NCBI GenBank assembly: GCA_964057225.1
Contig: OZ059900.1
Span: forward strand, 9,858,001 to 9,922,000
Length of the DNA stretch: 64,000 nucleotides
Direction: 5' to 3'
Source of the DNA: Auanema rhodensis
Taxonomy: Eukaryota; Animalia; Nematoda
Below the pieces are notes generated by a model. That model made no database searches and was not told the DNA's origin. It saw only the letters and a list, made by a program, of their open reading frames with translations. Below, piece by piece: positions 40,146 to 53,735 of the stretch (position 1 is the stretch's first letter; the number at the start of each line of letters is the position of its first letter). A program made the translations under genes and the position numbers.

Positions 40146-42131
40146 TCTTCACGCATGAGTTAATCTTAATTGAAAAACTGTCATAAGTAGTTGTGGCTTA
40201 ATTACTATGAATAATACTGCTATTTTGAAGAGTTTTAGTAATTATTATTTGAAATTAAACTCCAGCTTTGATTAGAAAACTTTAGAACATTGCAGGGGTC
40301 ATTGCAAGTGAAAAATATGTGAATTAACTTCTTTCATCAAACATTGTCAGAAAATAAGAATAATCTGTTTGGAGTTATTGGATCTCACAAGTATTATTTG
40401 TTGTTTTCAACGTGTTGGCTGAAATAATTCATTGCGATAAACGATATGTGCTTAGAGGTTATAGTTTATAGTAAATCTCAAAAAGATTCATAATTTCTCT
40501 CTCAAAGTTTCAAAAAAACTATTCAATTCTCATTACTGAAACGAAGAAAATGATATTTTGGATTAGAATATTCATTTGTGTATAAGTTATTTTTAGAATT
40601 CGTGCGGTAATATAACTGTAAAATATATTGAAAAATGGCTCTGTTCTTAATGCACTTTTTCTGCACTTCTAGCTGTGGTCAACGATCAGCGTAAGGCCAC
40701 AGGAGATTAACATGCTCAAGCATGCTTATAGAGCCACAAATTTATGTTTTATGTGCTTCCGTGTTGTCTTTGATCTTTGAATCATATACGAAGAAGATAG
40801 TGGTATACGTTCTCATCTACACTAATAATGAGTATAAATTAGAATGATTCTTAATTATATATATATAAATATAAGAATTAATGAGCTTGTTAAAATTAAG
40901 TTTAAAAATATATACTATACGTATAGATTAAGAAGAAGAAAAGAATTAATCAATTATAAATAATTTGATATTTAAGCAAGAAATTTGATGAAAGATGTCT
41001 TCATTCTATAATTTTGAAAACTAAATCTATTTTACATATGTTCAGATATTTATTGTTAGAAATATTTCATTTTGTTCTCAAATATTATAAGTTATAGTTA
41101 ATAATCTGTTTCGTACTGTCTTGAATGCACTTATTGATACTTTGCATTCAAACTAGCACATGAGGAGTTTCGAAAACGGTGATATTTAGTTTGGAATTCA
41201 AAATGCCAGAGCGGGATGACTTTGATTGTCAATTCGTCTATTGTATTTTCTTTTTACACATTGTAAAACATAGTACAGCAGCATGGGAATTTCTTCTCAG
41301 AGACTGTTCTAGGCTGAACTTTTTTGTTTCATTTTGAATTTGGGCGCACAAATCCCTTTGAGAAAGAAAATAACTAAGAAAATCTTTTTTTCTTAATATA
41401 ATATATGAATAGTTTGACGTCGTGATGCAGTTTCTTCACATAATCATTATTTTTTTGGTAGGTTCATCAGATTTTTCAATTTACGAAGCTGAAAACAGAA
41501 AATTTTTTGGTGTCAATTAGCATTTTTGTATTTATTTAATCTTTCAATCTTTGTAAGAAAAAATGCACTATGCTTTTAAAATTTTATTTCATAGCTTTCG
41601 ACGTCAAAGCATCAACAAGATCAAGCTGCACATATGTATTCCCTGTTGCATAATTAGTGTCCATTTTGAGATAGGTGTGGCTTTGTTTCATTTGATTAGT
41701 CAACTGCTGCTCCACTGCCCACATCATATTCCACAGCTTATTCAAAAAAAAACATTTTTACAAAGGATCCACTTATTTTAAATTAATCTTTTTCATTCGG
41801 ATTCAAAGCTGGTACTGATTGTTAGTATGTCATTAATCAAGATCAGACAGATGGAGAAACTGGGAGGTCGCCCAACCCATCTTTGACCACCTCAGGATTA
41901 GAGCATGAAGCAATAATTACATAACAGCATAACATGTTTTCAATTAGTATATTTGTACCAGCTCAATCCAAATGTTCCAATTTCTCAAAAGAAAAGCTGC
42001 TTATCTTGCGTTCAAAAATCCTATTTCTTTGTTAAATTAATTTTCAAAAAAAGTTACTGGTTGTACATATAAAATGTCATTTTCGACTATCCGTTTCTTT
42101 TTTTTCAGTTCAAATTTTTCATTTTTTGTAG

Positions 42132-43886
42132 TCAAGCTTGTATCTCTTGTCAAGCTTGAGTCTGACTCTCTTCCACCGTTAATTACTGTGCTAATCCTTA
42201 AAATCTGCTTTGGATTCAACAAATATAAAGCTGGTTCAAGGCAATTATCTCAATATATCTATTCATTTACTGCTCTCATTTTTGATTTCTTCTCATTTCT
42301 GCTCGCCTTTTATTTATTTCAAACACTTTTCTCTGCTCGACATTCATTTTATATAATTTTCTTTAATTTTCTATTTTAATATATTATCTTAAGCATATAT
42401 AGAAAATTTTATGAAAATTTAAAAGTAACTAGACTGAAACTAAGAAAGAGAGAAAGAGAGAGAAAGAGAGAGACAGAGAGAGAAAGATAAAGAGAAAGAG
42501 AAAGAGATTTAGTTAGAGACATAGTATTAGGTATATCAATACAGATACAAATCTTTAAAAATATGTTGTAGTTTGGATTGATCAAACTCAAAATTGATTG
42601 TTCTCAATTAAGCGCGCGGACTCATCTTTAAATAATAATATAAACTATTTTAAAATAGTATTGACTGTTATTTTTATAATTATATGTTTTGTTTTTATTG
42701 ATGTTTTCTTCGCATATTTTTTCAAATTAATATCTTTTTTGTTCATTAGAAGTACCAAGCTTGACCCTCAGCATGATTATATCTGCAAGCATTTCCTTGG
42801 TCAGATTTCTACTAATAGGAATATGGATCAAGGCTTTTAACAAGATTTGTTCGTTTATTCGTTTCATAATCATGGTATATAGGCACTTCTTCTCACCTAT
42901 TATCCCAGCTCGTTGCATTCGTAAGTTACAAAGAATTTGAATGAGATTATTAATACCGGTTGTATCATTTAAAGCTGTTAATACGTCAACTGCGTATGAT
43001 CAGATTGTGTTTGAAGTGCCATTGGCTATTCATCTTTACCTTGTTCGTCGCAGTTTTGCTGTTCCCATTACATTCTTAACGGGTGCTATACGTCAAAGAA
43101 GCTTTCATCCATGCTGTAAGCTTGAAATATAATTTGTTTTGAAAAAATAACCTAATTAATATAGATAAGCATATATTTTATGAGTCATGTAAAACTGATC
43201 CATTCTATAAAAGAACTGTAAGAAGATTAGAAAACTTGGAATGGGTAAGCTCTACTGAGAAAAGGGAAAACTAAACTAAATGCTTGAAGATGAGGTTCAA
43301 AGATTACAAAGATAGCTGGACTACAAATGGTAGTCTTCTTCTCGATTACATTGAAAAAATTCCTGAAACTATTCTGTCGGAGAAGCCATTCAGATACTTT
43401 GAAGCTGTTGCTGAGTATGTTCATTTATGTCTTTTGCGTTTGATTGTATGTGAATTCTATTCAGAATGCAGCAAGAAAAAAATGTTTCTGCTGTGTCAGT
43501 TTGCTGTCAGCAGATTCCTCAGCCCCACTATGATCATTTCGTTTACTTGATCCGTTTCTTTGCTGCATATCTCGCAGCTGTAAATTTAAAATCAGATAAG
43601 TAAGTATTTAGTTTTTCTATTGAATTTGAATAAAATATGTATTTTCGTGAATATTTTGAAAAGTTTTGTACAAGACTTTCTACTGTATTCTTTCATGGAC
43701 CATATGCACGTCTCTCAATTAAGTCTCGACGATTAGTAAGAATTGAAAATCAAAGATTAATCTACTGAAATCTCATTTCAGATCATTGCTACTATCCTGG
43801 AAAACCATGAAACTCTGTTTGTTGATGATTTTAAAACGAGAATGAAATGGAAGATCTGGCAGAAGTGGATAAACTTTTGGCACTAA
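42132..43886 (+). CDS. Divergent RhoGAP-domain protein, probably catalytically inactive; 5' end uncertain
   Basis: Spliced exons give IVFEVPLAIHL..., KHIFYESC, GSLLLDYIEKIPETIL, IPQPHYDHFVYL, KLSTVF and IIATILENHETLF, in the order of RhoGAP motifs. A likely GC-AG intron lies at 42241-42749. Confidence 0.6.
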
Positions 43887-44763
43887 TTATCGTAAGAAAA
43901 TACGTAAAATGAAACAGACTCCTTATTCTAATTTGCATGATAATTTTGCTACAACTTAGAGTAGTAATACTGCTACTTTAAAAATATTGTATTATAATCA
44001 ACTAGTAAATACTTTTTAATGTAAATTTACATCATACTCTCGTAAATCAATATTAACCTATTATCCCATGTAATCTACTATATTTAATCAATATTTTCAT
44101 TACATTATACTTAACTAATCTCACAGTACTGTCACATGTTTTTCTGAAATGCTTGCTGTTTCCACAAGATTTTGTACTGATATTGGATATAAATAAAGTC
44201 TTGATAGACATATGCTCTTATTAATTTCTGAAATTGCAATATGATTCCTATACGCCTTATTGATACTTTAATTGCCTCGCTTGCCTTTCATTGCTTACTT
44301 AATAAGCATTGAAGATTTAGAGTCAAATTTGAAACTAATAATATAATAATTATAACAATAGAGAGCTTAAGTAAGGCATTCGGTTTCAAGCTAATTAGAA
44401 AGCCATCTGCGGTAAGCAAGCCCCCCCCCCTCTCACGGATTAATTTTTAGAGCTGTAGGTCAATGGATCATGAACAGCACGTAACCACTCGGCGAATAAT
44501 TTATGTGCAAAAAAATACAATTATAGATATGTATTCAGTGTGGGAGGTAAAGAAATAAAAAAAAGTGAATGTCCGCCTGCTCCATATGATATGGCTATAT
44601 AACGCATCAGAGATTTTAATAGATTTACACAGCATGTAATAATATTTTATTGGATAAAACATATTATTAAACAAATATTTTATAGAAAAAAAATGAGTTT
44701 AAGACAGGTTTATGTGTATTTATTATAAGGTAGTTATATTGTTCTTAAGTTTCTGCCAAGCAT

Positions 44764-45319
44764 TTAACTGCATGCCTGATCCAAATTGTCATTCAATAGC
44801 ATGTAGATGAAGTAAGTCGTGAACAGAGCAACAGCTTTTCGAGCAAAAAGCTCTACATAACCATGCTGAGCAAACTGTGAAGAATAGTTAAAACTATGTT
44901 ATATAAAACATGGAATTAACCTTATAATGATAATATGCATAGAATGTGATTAGTCGGATGGCAAACTCAAGAACACGATAAGCAAGACGTCTCTTATGTT
45001 CATAGTGCAAATCCTAAATTATTATAATTATAAAACTTCGCATTTATCACTTCGGTTACCAAATGTCGTGTCAGGAATATGATAACAAACAAACATGAGT
45101 AGAATATGGTTATAACCCATCTGCTCAACCTGTTAGACTGATTACTGACGAAAATCTACAAAATTACATATTTTCCAAAGTTTTATAGCTGAAACTCATG
45201 AAACAAACCAGTTTATATGTTAAAAAAGATGTATATCCTATATACCCATTTATTAAAATGAATAAAAGGAATAAGCTACAATGGCATGAGCAAAATGATG
45301 CAATAGAAAAGCTGAACAT
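44764..45319 (-). CDS. Small four-exon hydrophobic (multi-pass membrane-like) orphan protein
   Basis: Phase-0 GT-AG joined exons: ...SRWVITIFYSCLFVIIFLTRHL / DLHYEHKRRLAYRVLEFAIRLITFYAYYHYK / FAQHGYVELFARKAVALFTTYFIYMLLNDNLDQACS*. The start is uncertain. Confidence 0.6.
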
Positions 45320-47292
45320 GCCCAATTAGATGTAGAAGAACAGTATGTTGTACAATATTAAAGACGTTGAAAAGCCTAGTTGTGTAGCTGACTAACCACT
45401 ACATGACTCGTAAGGTTATTATTTAACATTTACTGTGGAATGTTATTTGTATTATCAACATAGGCTAATAACTTTTCATTTATTGATTGCAAATTTTTCC
45501 AGTTATGCAATATTTCATTTATAGAGTTGCATAGCAATTCTCTTCAATTTTCTTTCATATGTTTATGCAAAAATCTGTTTAAATTCTTGTTTCTGACACA
45601 GCTACTCCTTCTTTCCGTGGTACAACAGCAGTCTAAGCTTTATGCTTTCAGTTGTGATTCTATGTTAAATATTTTTTTTCAACCACACCGCTTTCACTCT
45701 CAATTACTTAATCGGTTAGATCGTTTAACTAATCTTTCACAATCCCATCACACATTCAGTTAAAAACTCAATCTGCGGTCAAGAGACATCTGGAACAAAC
45801 TACATATTTCATATGTATGCGTTGTATTCAGTAGATCAAATGCACGAATTGAACTTAAGTCAATGATTTTACACGTGGCAGCTGTAACTATATTCTTGTT
45901 CAAATTTAGTCATGCAGTTAATTGAAGAAAGATTTAAGAAAAAGCGACATTGATTGAATTATCTCAAAGATTCCTAATGCGCTTGAATATACTTTGCCAT
46001 ATAATTGCTCTTTTACTTATTTTTTGCTTGATTTTTGTTCCCTTTAAAGCCGTTTTCGACACAAATTATTTAGAAACGATTCCTTTAATTGTCTTGAGTT
46101 GCTCGTTCGTTTGGCATATCCATCCTAGAAAACGTTATTCCATGACAACCTCCAGTATAATTTCCAACTTTTTTATTGGTTTAATAACAAATATTTTAAT
46201 ATTTCCTCCCGAACTCTACATTCCAATAGATTTTTTTGCATTCTCAGTAACAAAATGGCATATATATTGGTTTTGAGAGCCAATGGTAGCTATTAAAATC
46301 TTCATTTGCTTTAAACAGAAAAAAAAATCTTTTCGTGTGTGTGTGCCAATGAAATTTAGGATCATTTTATGATGGGGGCATGTGCCAGCAAAAACCAAGA
46401 ATCAAGCCAGTTGTCATAGCTAAGGAAAATTTTTCTGACGTATTTCTTTCAGAAAAATTTTATTTTTGATTTATATTAGGTAGTTTATTTCTGAAAAAAA
46501 CAGAAAATTTATTAGTGCTATCTATTTCGCCTACAATCATGAGCTCAGTTAGATTGCTCATTGAGCTTGTTAAATTAAACAGGGAGATCCTTGTGGATTT
46601 TATAAAAAACCATTTTTTCATTTTTTTAAATTTAACATTTTATTTGATCTTGCAACGAAAAGTTAGTTTTTCAAATTTTTAAAGTTTTTTTGAACTAATA
46701 ACTACATAATCAAAATTTCCAAATATTAAATAATATTTTTAGAGTTTTTTTTTGTTTTCTTTTCAAATTTTATGAAATTGTTAGCATAATTGAAATCTAA
46801 TCATAACCAAATAATGTTTTCTTCTTTCTTTCTCACAGATCATATATCATATTATCATACGGTATCATATTAGACGCTTGCAGCTGTTCATTAGCTGGAT
46901 GGCTTGAAGTCATTCCAATTATTTTATTCAATCCTCAATATCTACATATCTACCCGTCTATCTATCTATCTATGCCTATATATATACATATATAGTTAAT
47001 GAAAATCTGCGAGGAATGCCTCAACTAATCAAGAGTGAACAGAGAGCTAGGTGTATCAGCTCGTCATGTACAACTATCTTTCCATCAGCTATATTTCACT
47101 ATTTTTATTCTAAAAATGCTCATTTCTTTTAAATTTCTTTTTTGGTTTTTCATTTTCAACAAGAAAAGTGACCATCAATTTTTTTTTAAGTTTTTTCGTA
47201 TTTAGAATTTTTTTTTCTCATCTGACACACTGTAATATTTAATATTAAAACTTTGATTACAGCTTATTTATTGGATAATTTTTTTTGTCAAA

Positions 47293-47708
47293 ATGTATGC
47301 TTTGGCATCTATTGGTAAATTTATCATTTTCTCACATTTGAAAACATTTTTTATAATATTCAGACATAGCTTCGAAGTTTCAAGAGCACTTAGTGCTTAT
47401 TGGAACAGCAATGACAACAATAATCGCTATCATAATGGTCATCGGCTGTCTGCTTTGTCGGACCACAGGGCAGCCCTCCGTGAGTAGTTTTTAGCCAATT
47501 TTCTTTTTGTTATATATAGATCCATTGTATTTAATATTTCGAATGTTTACATGTTTAAGAGAGAATGCTGTCCGGAATGCAGGCATTTTGATGTTGAAAT
47601 CGAAGTATGTAGTAATTTTTAATATTATACATCTGTTTATAAATTATTAAATCATGCTTTATAAATTTTTGTTTTCAGAATGGGGAGCCTACTTATGATT
47701 GGGTCTGA
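47293..47708 (+). CDS. 70-aa single-pass membrane microprotein with a Cys cluster and C-terminal YDWV
   Basis: Four exons join in frame: MYALASIDIASKFQEHLVLIGTAMTTIIAIIMVIGCLLCRTTGQPSRECCPECRHFDVEIENGEPTYDWV*. Confidence 0.7.
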
Positions 47709-49076
47709 GCTTCATTGTGGCTAATTAGGCAGTCAATTAACTACGGATACTAATATATTTTGATTTTTCTTCTGTATGTATATATATCTATATATATGAA
47801 TAACATTATTATAATAAATATTTCATTTATGACGTATGTTTATATACATAGCAATATAATCAGAGATAGATAAAGCTATTCATTGCTGGAGCAGTCTATT
47901 TCATCTATTTGAATACGTAGATAAAAAAAAAGACAGCTTAAATCCATTGACAATTTCAAGTTATATATAGGCATTCGGTGAGTAAAGCGGGAGATCCGCA
48001 TAATCATATATGACTCATCGCAATAATACAATTATTCTATGAAATATCTATAAATATGCAATAAATTACATGCAAAATATAATGAAAAAGCGCTTCCAAT
48101 TTCAATTGTTATTGTCAGGTATATGTTATTCTAATTATCTAACACAATAATATTTTATGTTAACATTTTTATAATTTCACAATATTATACTTACAAACTA
48201 TGAAATACATGGAGAATGTATAGGAATAAGAATAAAATTGATATAGAAATGTGATAGCAAGAAAATGAATTAGATGTAACTTCATTGTAGATCAATACTT
48301 TTATAGGTCACATAATATGCCAATGGAATTGTGCCAACAACCTTTTTCTCTTCAAATAACAAACAACTGCAAAACATGTTATAAACTACATGAGAAAACT
48401 ACGTATAATTTTTCAAGAAAACAAGAGAATATACAATAGTAGTTCAAATGTTAAAAAAGAAGATAAATTTCCTGCAAAGTATAAGAAAGTTCATTTTGAG
48501 AATTTTACTTTTATAATATATTTACATCAAATTTTATGAGATTGAAGTGTAATGTATGAAACTAAACTATTTTCTTTCGTATTTTCTAGTATTGTTACTT
48601 CAAAAAACTTGAATAAAAAGGATGTAAGTCTTAGAGATTGTAGTATTGTTTATCAACTTTTGAAAAAAGATTATTCGTTTCTATATTGTTCAGAAGACTA
48701 TCAACTGTTACTTTTATTTGAATTTTGAAATTTTCTTAGTTTTACTGATTTTTATAAAGAAATTTTTATAATTATTGTAAAATAGATCATTCAAGTCTAG
48801 TTAGGTGACTCCTTCTCTGTATTATAATTATTGCTCTGATTAGTATTATCGATATATTCAAGTTTGAATTATATTGTGATAAATGAAACTTATTTCCCAT
48901 AATTCTCGCATTTTACAAGTTTTTTCTGTTTTTTTTTTCGCAAAGAAACAATTATGATATAATTTTTATTTATGACTCTTATCAAATAAATATTAAGATT
49001 ATAAAACGATTAGAATAATCGTTTTTTTGAGTATCATTAGAAAAAGCTATAGATATCATGTAATATAGTACAACTG

Positions 49077-49405
49077 CTAGTTTTCTTCTTCTTCATTATC
49101 AGATTCAGTTATTGGTATGACGATTGTGTGTACTTGCTCATTTTGAAGAATTTGAGTTCGGCAGAATGGACATCTATATCTTTCTTTGTCCTGTCCACAA
49201 ACAAAGAAAATTCCTGTAAGGCAGTCCATGCAAATCTTATGAGTGCAGTATGTTAATTCTCTTAAAAATCTGAAAAAAAAAATTAGAACTATATCTCGAG
49301 CATATCTTAGATTTCATCAACTTACTTAGTTTCATTACAAATAGGACATTCCATGGATGGAGTCATTTTCATATGATAGAATTCCATCATACGATTTCTG
49401 TTCAT
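49077..49405 (-). CDS. ~90-aa RING-HC (C3HC4) finger protein
   Basis: Exons 49405-49326 and 49269-49077 give CPIC-x11-CTH-x2-C-x2-C...CPFCR with an acidic tail. An additional upstream exon is possible. Confidence 0.8.
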
Positions 49406-50214
49406 CTTATTAAGAAAATCTGAAAAGGTATGCTACTTACTAATAAAATTATTCAAAAATTTTATAATTAGATAAACAAGTTCGAATAATTATTCAAAAG
49501 AAGAGAAAATAATAATAAATATTATAACCATAACATAGAAAATGAATTTAGATTTAGACCGAATAAGTTGGAACAACATTTAAATAGGAAAAATAGAAAG
49601 TGTGCACAACCATTCAGCAGCACTACGCAGAGTACTAATGGTAAGCAGTTTCCACAGTTGAGCAAGATATAATCCTAATACATAGGTCATTCAAGTAAAT
49701 ATCTAGGCCATTGGTTTGACACCGAACGATAGAAAATTACACCTGTCATTCCTATTGGGAAGATAGTGATAGGATTTGAAAGAGTGGGAAAATACCATTG
49801 GGAGTCGAAGTCTCATGTATGCGTTGACCTATTATTGAAATATAAACCACCAGGCTTGATATTTATATTTGAATACTTATTATATTTATGCTTAGGTAAG
49901 CGATTTCACATATTTAAATATATATATTAATAAAAATAAATATATAAATTTGCAAAAAACTGAAAAAAAGAGTTTCCAATGACGACATCTCAGTAATCAA
50001 ATGGTTAAACCAAGTTGAAACTTGAATTGTCTGAAACATTTCAGAATTACTTTGGAACATGTGTACCAACAAGGTAAGCCTAATTAAAAATCCAAGAAAA
50101 ATCTATTCTTTCAATGGGGAGGGATGTATAAATAAACAAAATGAGGGCGACCTATGCCGTATTACACGCCTGTATAAGAATTTCCAGCTTTTCAAGCAGA
50201 TCGAAACAAGTTGT

Positions 50215-50392
50215 TAAATTATAAAGTTTTTCGTAATAGTTCTTAATGTTCCATCTTATTTATTATTTGTCTTATTTGGCTGTTTGGAAGTTGAATATTC
50301 TAGATAAAATAGTTTCAAACACCATAATCTTGTTATCTCTTTCAGTTTTTCAGAATTTTGTAATTGGATTTGAAGTCTACGTGAAAATATCT
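50215..50392 (+). repeat. Left arm of a degenerate inverted repeat pair
   Basis: ataatcttgttat...gatttgaagtctacgtgaaaatatc is the reverse complement of 51893-52080. Confidence 0.7.
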
Positions 50393-50686
50393 TCTAAACA
50401 AGCTATCTTTACCGTGTTTTGAAAAACAGTTTCAATTGCATGTGCATTCAAAAATTTTTAAAAATTCCAAAAACCAAACTTAACTCATGTACGGAACACA
50501 TTGTGGTCATGTTCTGTAAAATTTCAGAATTTTACGATAAGTGGTTGATCTTCGCACTTTACTATGAATATGAAATATAATATTTATTCTTAACTTTTAC
50601 TATCAGAAATTTTAAAAATTTTGAGTTATTCTTCGTTTAGGTTTAAGAAGTGTACACCTTTTAATTTTTTTTTAGAGAACTCAAAA

Positions 50687-51370
50687 ATGTCTGGATTGGT
50701 AAGTCTGTCTTTAATTCTATGCATGTTACTCTTTTCGTTGCAGGGTGAAAAAGCTGGTTTCTACGAGCACGATAATATATTTCGAGTGGAGGAAGAACAT
50801 TTTACTTGTTCACATAAACAGAAAGTCATTCATCGCATCTTCGAAATCAAAGATATTCGGGATCGTAAAGAGAGTCGTGCTAAGCGGTTGTACAACTTGC
50901 AACAGGTTAACCCAGTGCTTGTTAGCAGTATCAGCAATAAGATTTTTGAACTGGATGAAAAGGAAGAAGATCTGATGGCCGATCTTCGTTCAATCAATCA
51001 CCTTTCATTGGATATGATTCAGTTAAGAAGGACGATTGGCCAGATTAGATCTCGAATTCAAGAACGCACGGAGCATATGAATGAGGAAGAGAGATCAACT
51101 TACCTTATGCAAATGGAATATCGTAAATTTCATTCACTCGTATCGGAATACATGAAGTTTATATGTAATCAAGCTGTACTTTATATGATAGCTCGTCATC
51201 CTATTCCTCTTGACTTGATGGAAGAGTTTATAGGCACTCGCCAATATTTTTCCAGGATGAGAAAGAACATGAAATCAACTTAGTACGGTTTCTGCTTTTA
51301 ATAATTGTAATCTCATATTTTCAGTCTGGCGAATTGCAAGCTGTTTGATAAGATCAGAGCAAGCACTTAG
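50687..51370 (+). CDS. EYRK family member B
   Basis: Exons 50687-50698, 50744-51282 and 51325-51370, with the motif EERSTYLMQMEYRKFH. Confidence 0.8.
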
Positions 51371-51892
51371 AACTACATTTTAATACAATTTTGTATAATG
51401 AATTCATATAATTGTTTTGTTATTTTTTACTGAAAATTTTGTTATTTTTTACTAAAAATTTGTTATTTCTTACTAATAAAAATGTTATTTTCTCAAACTT
51501 CTGAATTTTATCGGACTTGTGGGGGTGATAGAACATGGAATGTTATGCAAGAACAATCAGATAATAAATAATAAATTTGAAAATAGAAATATCTGTGCAT
51601 TCTCTGAAATCAATATCTTGAGTGATTGTGAAGCTGATTTAAGGTAATCAGTATTTTAGAGGAAAAACTTGAGGAAGAAAGGACGCAGTATGGAGATTGA
51701 GTGTCGAGAACAATGAGAGGAATAAAGGCAGAGTTTGAGTTCAGAGCATTGAAATCAACGTTTCTTAACTTAATTTATATTGTGATCAACCCTTATCTAT
51801 TACTCTCAACAAACAGTTATTGTGAGAACATTTTGAGATCTCCACACGTCTAATGAAGTTCAGAAGTTTGGGAAAAATACGTAAAAATACGA

Positions 51893-52080
51893 GATATTTT
51901 CACGTAGACTTGAAATCGAATTGCAAATGTTTGAAAAAACTCAAATATAACAAGATTATACTATTTGAAACCATTTCGTCACTACTCTTTAATTTCAAGA
52001 CAGCACAACATTTCAACCAAGTGAAATAAGAATTAAGATGAAACATTGATAATTATTAGGAAATAAGCTGTAATCTAATT
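51893..52080 (-). repeat. Right arm of the degenerate inverted repeat pair
   Basis: gatatttttcacgtagacttgaaatc...ataacaagattat is the inverted copy of 50215-50392. Confidence 0.7.
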
Positions 52081-53735
52081 TGAGTTGTCTCTTACAAATC
52101 CTTAGCTATAGTCTTTTAAGTTTCAAATATAGTCATACTTTCTTAGTTTTAAAAGCAATTTTAATCCTATATTCAATACATTGAAATGATCGCTAATGTG
52201 TTCTCAAATATAATAAATTCAAACGTTTTCTCAAACTAGCAGAAATAAGAAAAAATAAAAAAATAATACAGACAATGACAATCTTTTTGTTACTCTATTC
52301 ATGTTTCAAATTTTTAGTTGTACAGCTATCCAACGAGAATATACTGAGGTTTTAAACAAAACACAAACAGTCATACTGAGGTTTTAAACGATAATCAATG
52401 AACACAATGAAGTCTGGATATACGTCTTGGCTGTTGTTTATTCTTGTGTTTTATCAACGAGATATAATTGGATTACATTGATTTACTATGCTTTGATATT
52501 TTTTAATTTCCTAATAGTGTTAGAAAGATTTATATATGCATATATTAATTTATGAGGATCTGTTTTATTTACCTTTTTATATGTGCTCTACTGCTAAATA
52601 AAAAATAGACACGAGACGACCTTCATTTTTATAATTTTTTAACTGAAATGATATTGTTTCATCTCCTAGATTGTTTTTTTAATATTACAAAATTATTTCT
52701 GTGTATTTTATATTTTAAGTTTTCTAATGTCATGCATTACGTGCAACATTCACAATAGCGAGCACTTGGCCCTAATGCGCTGAAATATCAATTATGAAAT
52801 GTTTAAAACAAACGATTAATTTTTTTTAATACAGGCGATTAAGTTGAAAAAACTATAATTTATTCAGAGAAATAGTAACATTTTCTTTATTTTTTGTATA
52901 AAATTCATTTTGATACCATTTTCGTTGTCTTCAATGGGGTTCGGCAACTTTAATTTTCCAAGTCTGGTAAGAGTAGCAACCAGATATTTGTTTGATCCAT
53001 CCGTTTATCTGTCATTTTTTGTTGTTTTTGGATCTAATTAGGTTTAAGATATGCTATATTTGAATTTTGTTTTTTTTTCAAAATTTGCGCTCTAAAGCTA
53101 ATTAGCAATGAAAATTTGAATTTTTTATTATTAAATGAACAAATACGATAACTGCGTGTTGGGACCATTAAACTAATAAAAATAATAAATAAGAATAATT
53201 ATTTTTATTTTTATTGAGAATATTAACAAAGTAATCTCATATTCAATATAATGGTATGTGGAATACTTTTCCTCCCCTCCCTTTTTGAGCTATATTTATT
53301 AAGATGATCAAGGCAAAAACAATCGAGTAGATATTTTTTGTAAAACAGTATGTAATTGACACATCTCTACACTGAAAAATAAAGATCAAATTGAGAGAAT
53401 TATGAGAAGGTCGCTGACTATTGTCATTTTATATTTTCAGTTTTCTAATGTCATATATTACGTTCAGCATTTGGAACTGCCTGCAGTAGGCCTTCTAACA
53501 GTACGCGGAAATATCAATCCGGGCAAGTCATTCAACAGAAAAATGTCAATTTTCATCTATAACGTCAAGTAAGGCAAAAACATTCTTTCATTTATATATT
53601 TGATTGATCACAATCAACTTTATAAACAGAGCGGATACTAATCTTCTGATACTTATATTCTTTGTTTTTTTAATTCAAATATTTTGGATTGACACAATAT
53701 TTGTATCACTCAGCTCGCTACTATTGTACTAAAAT

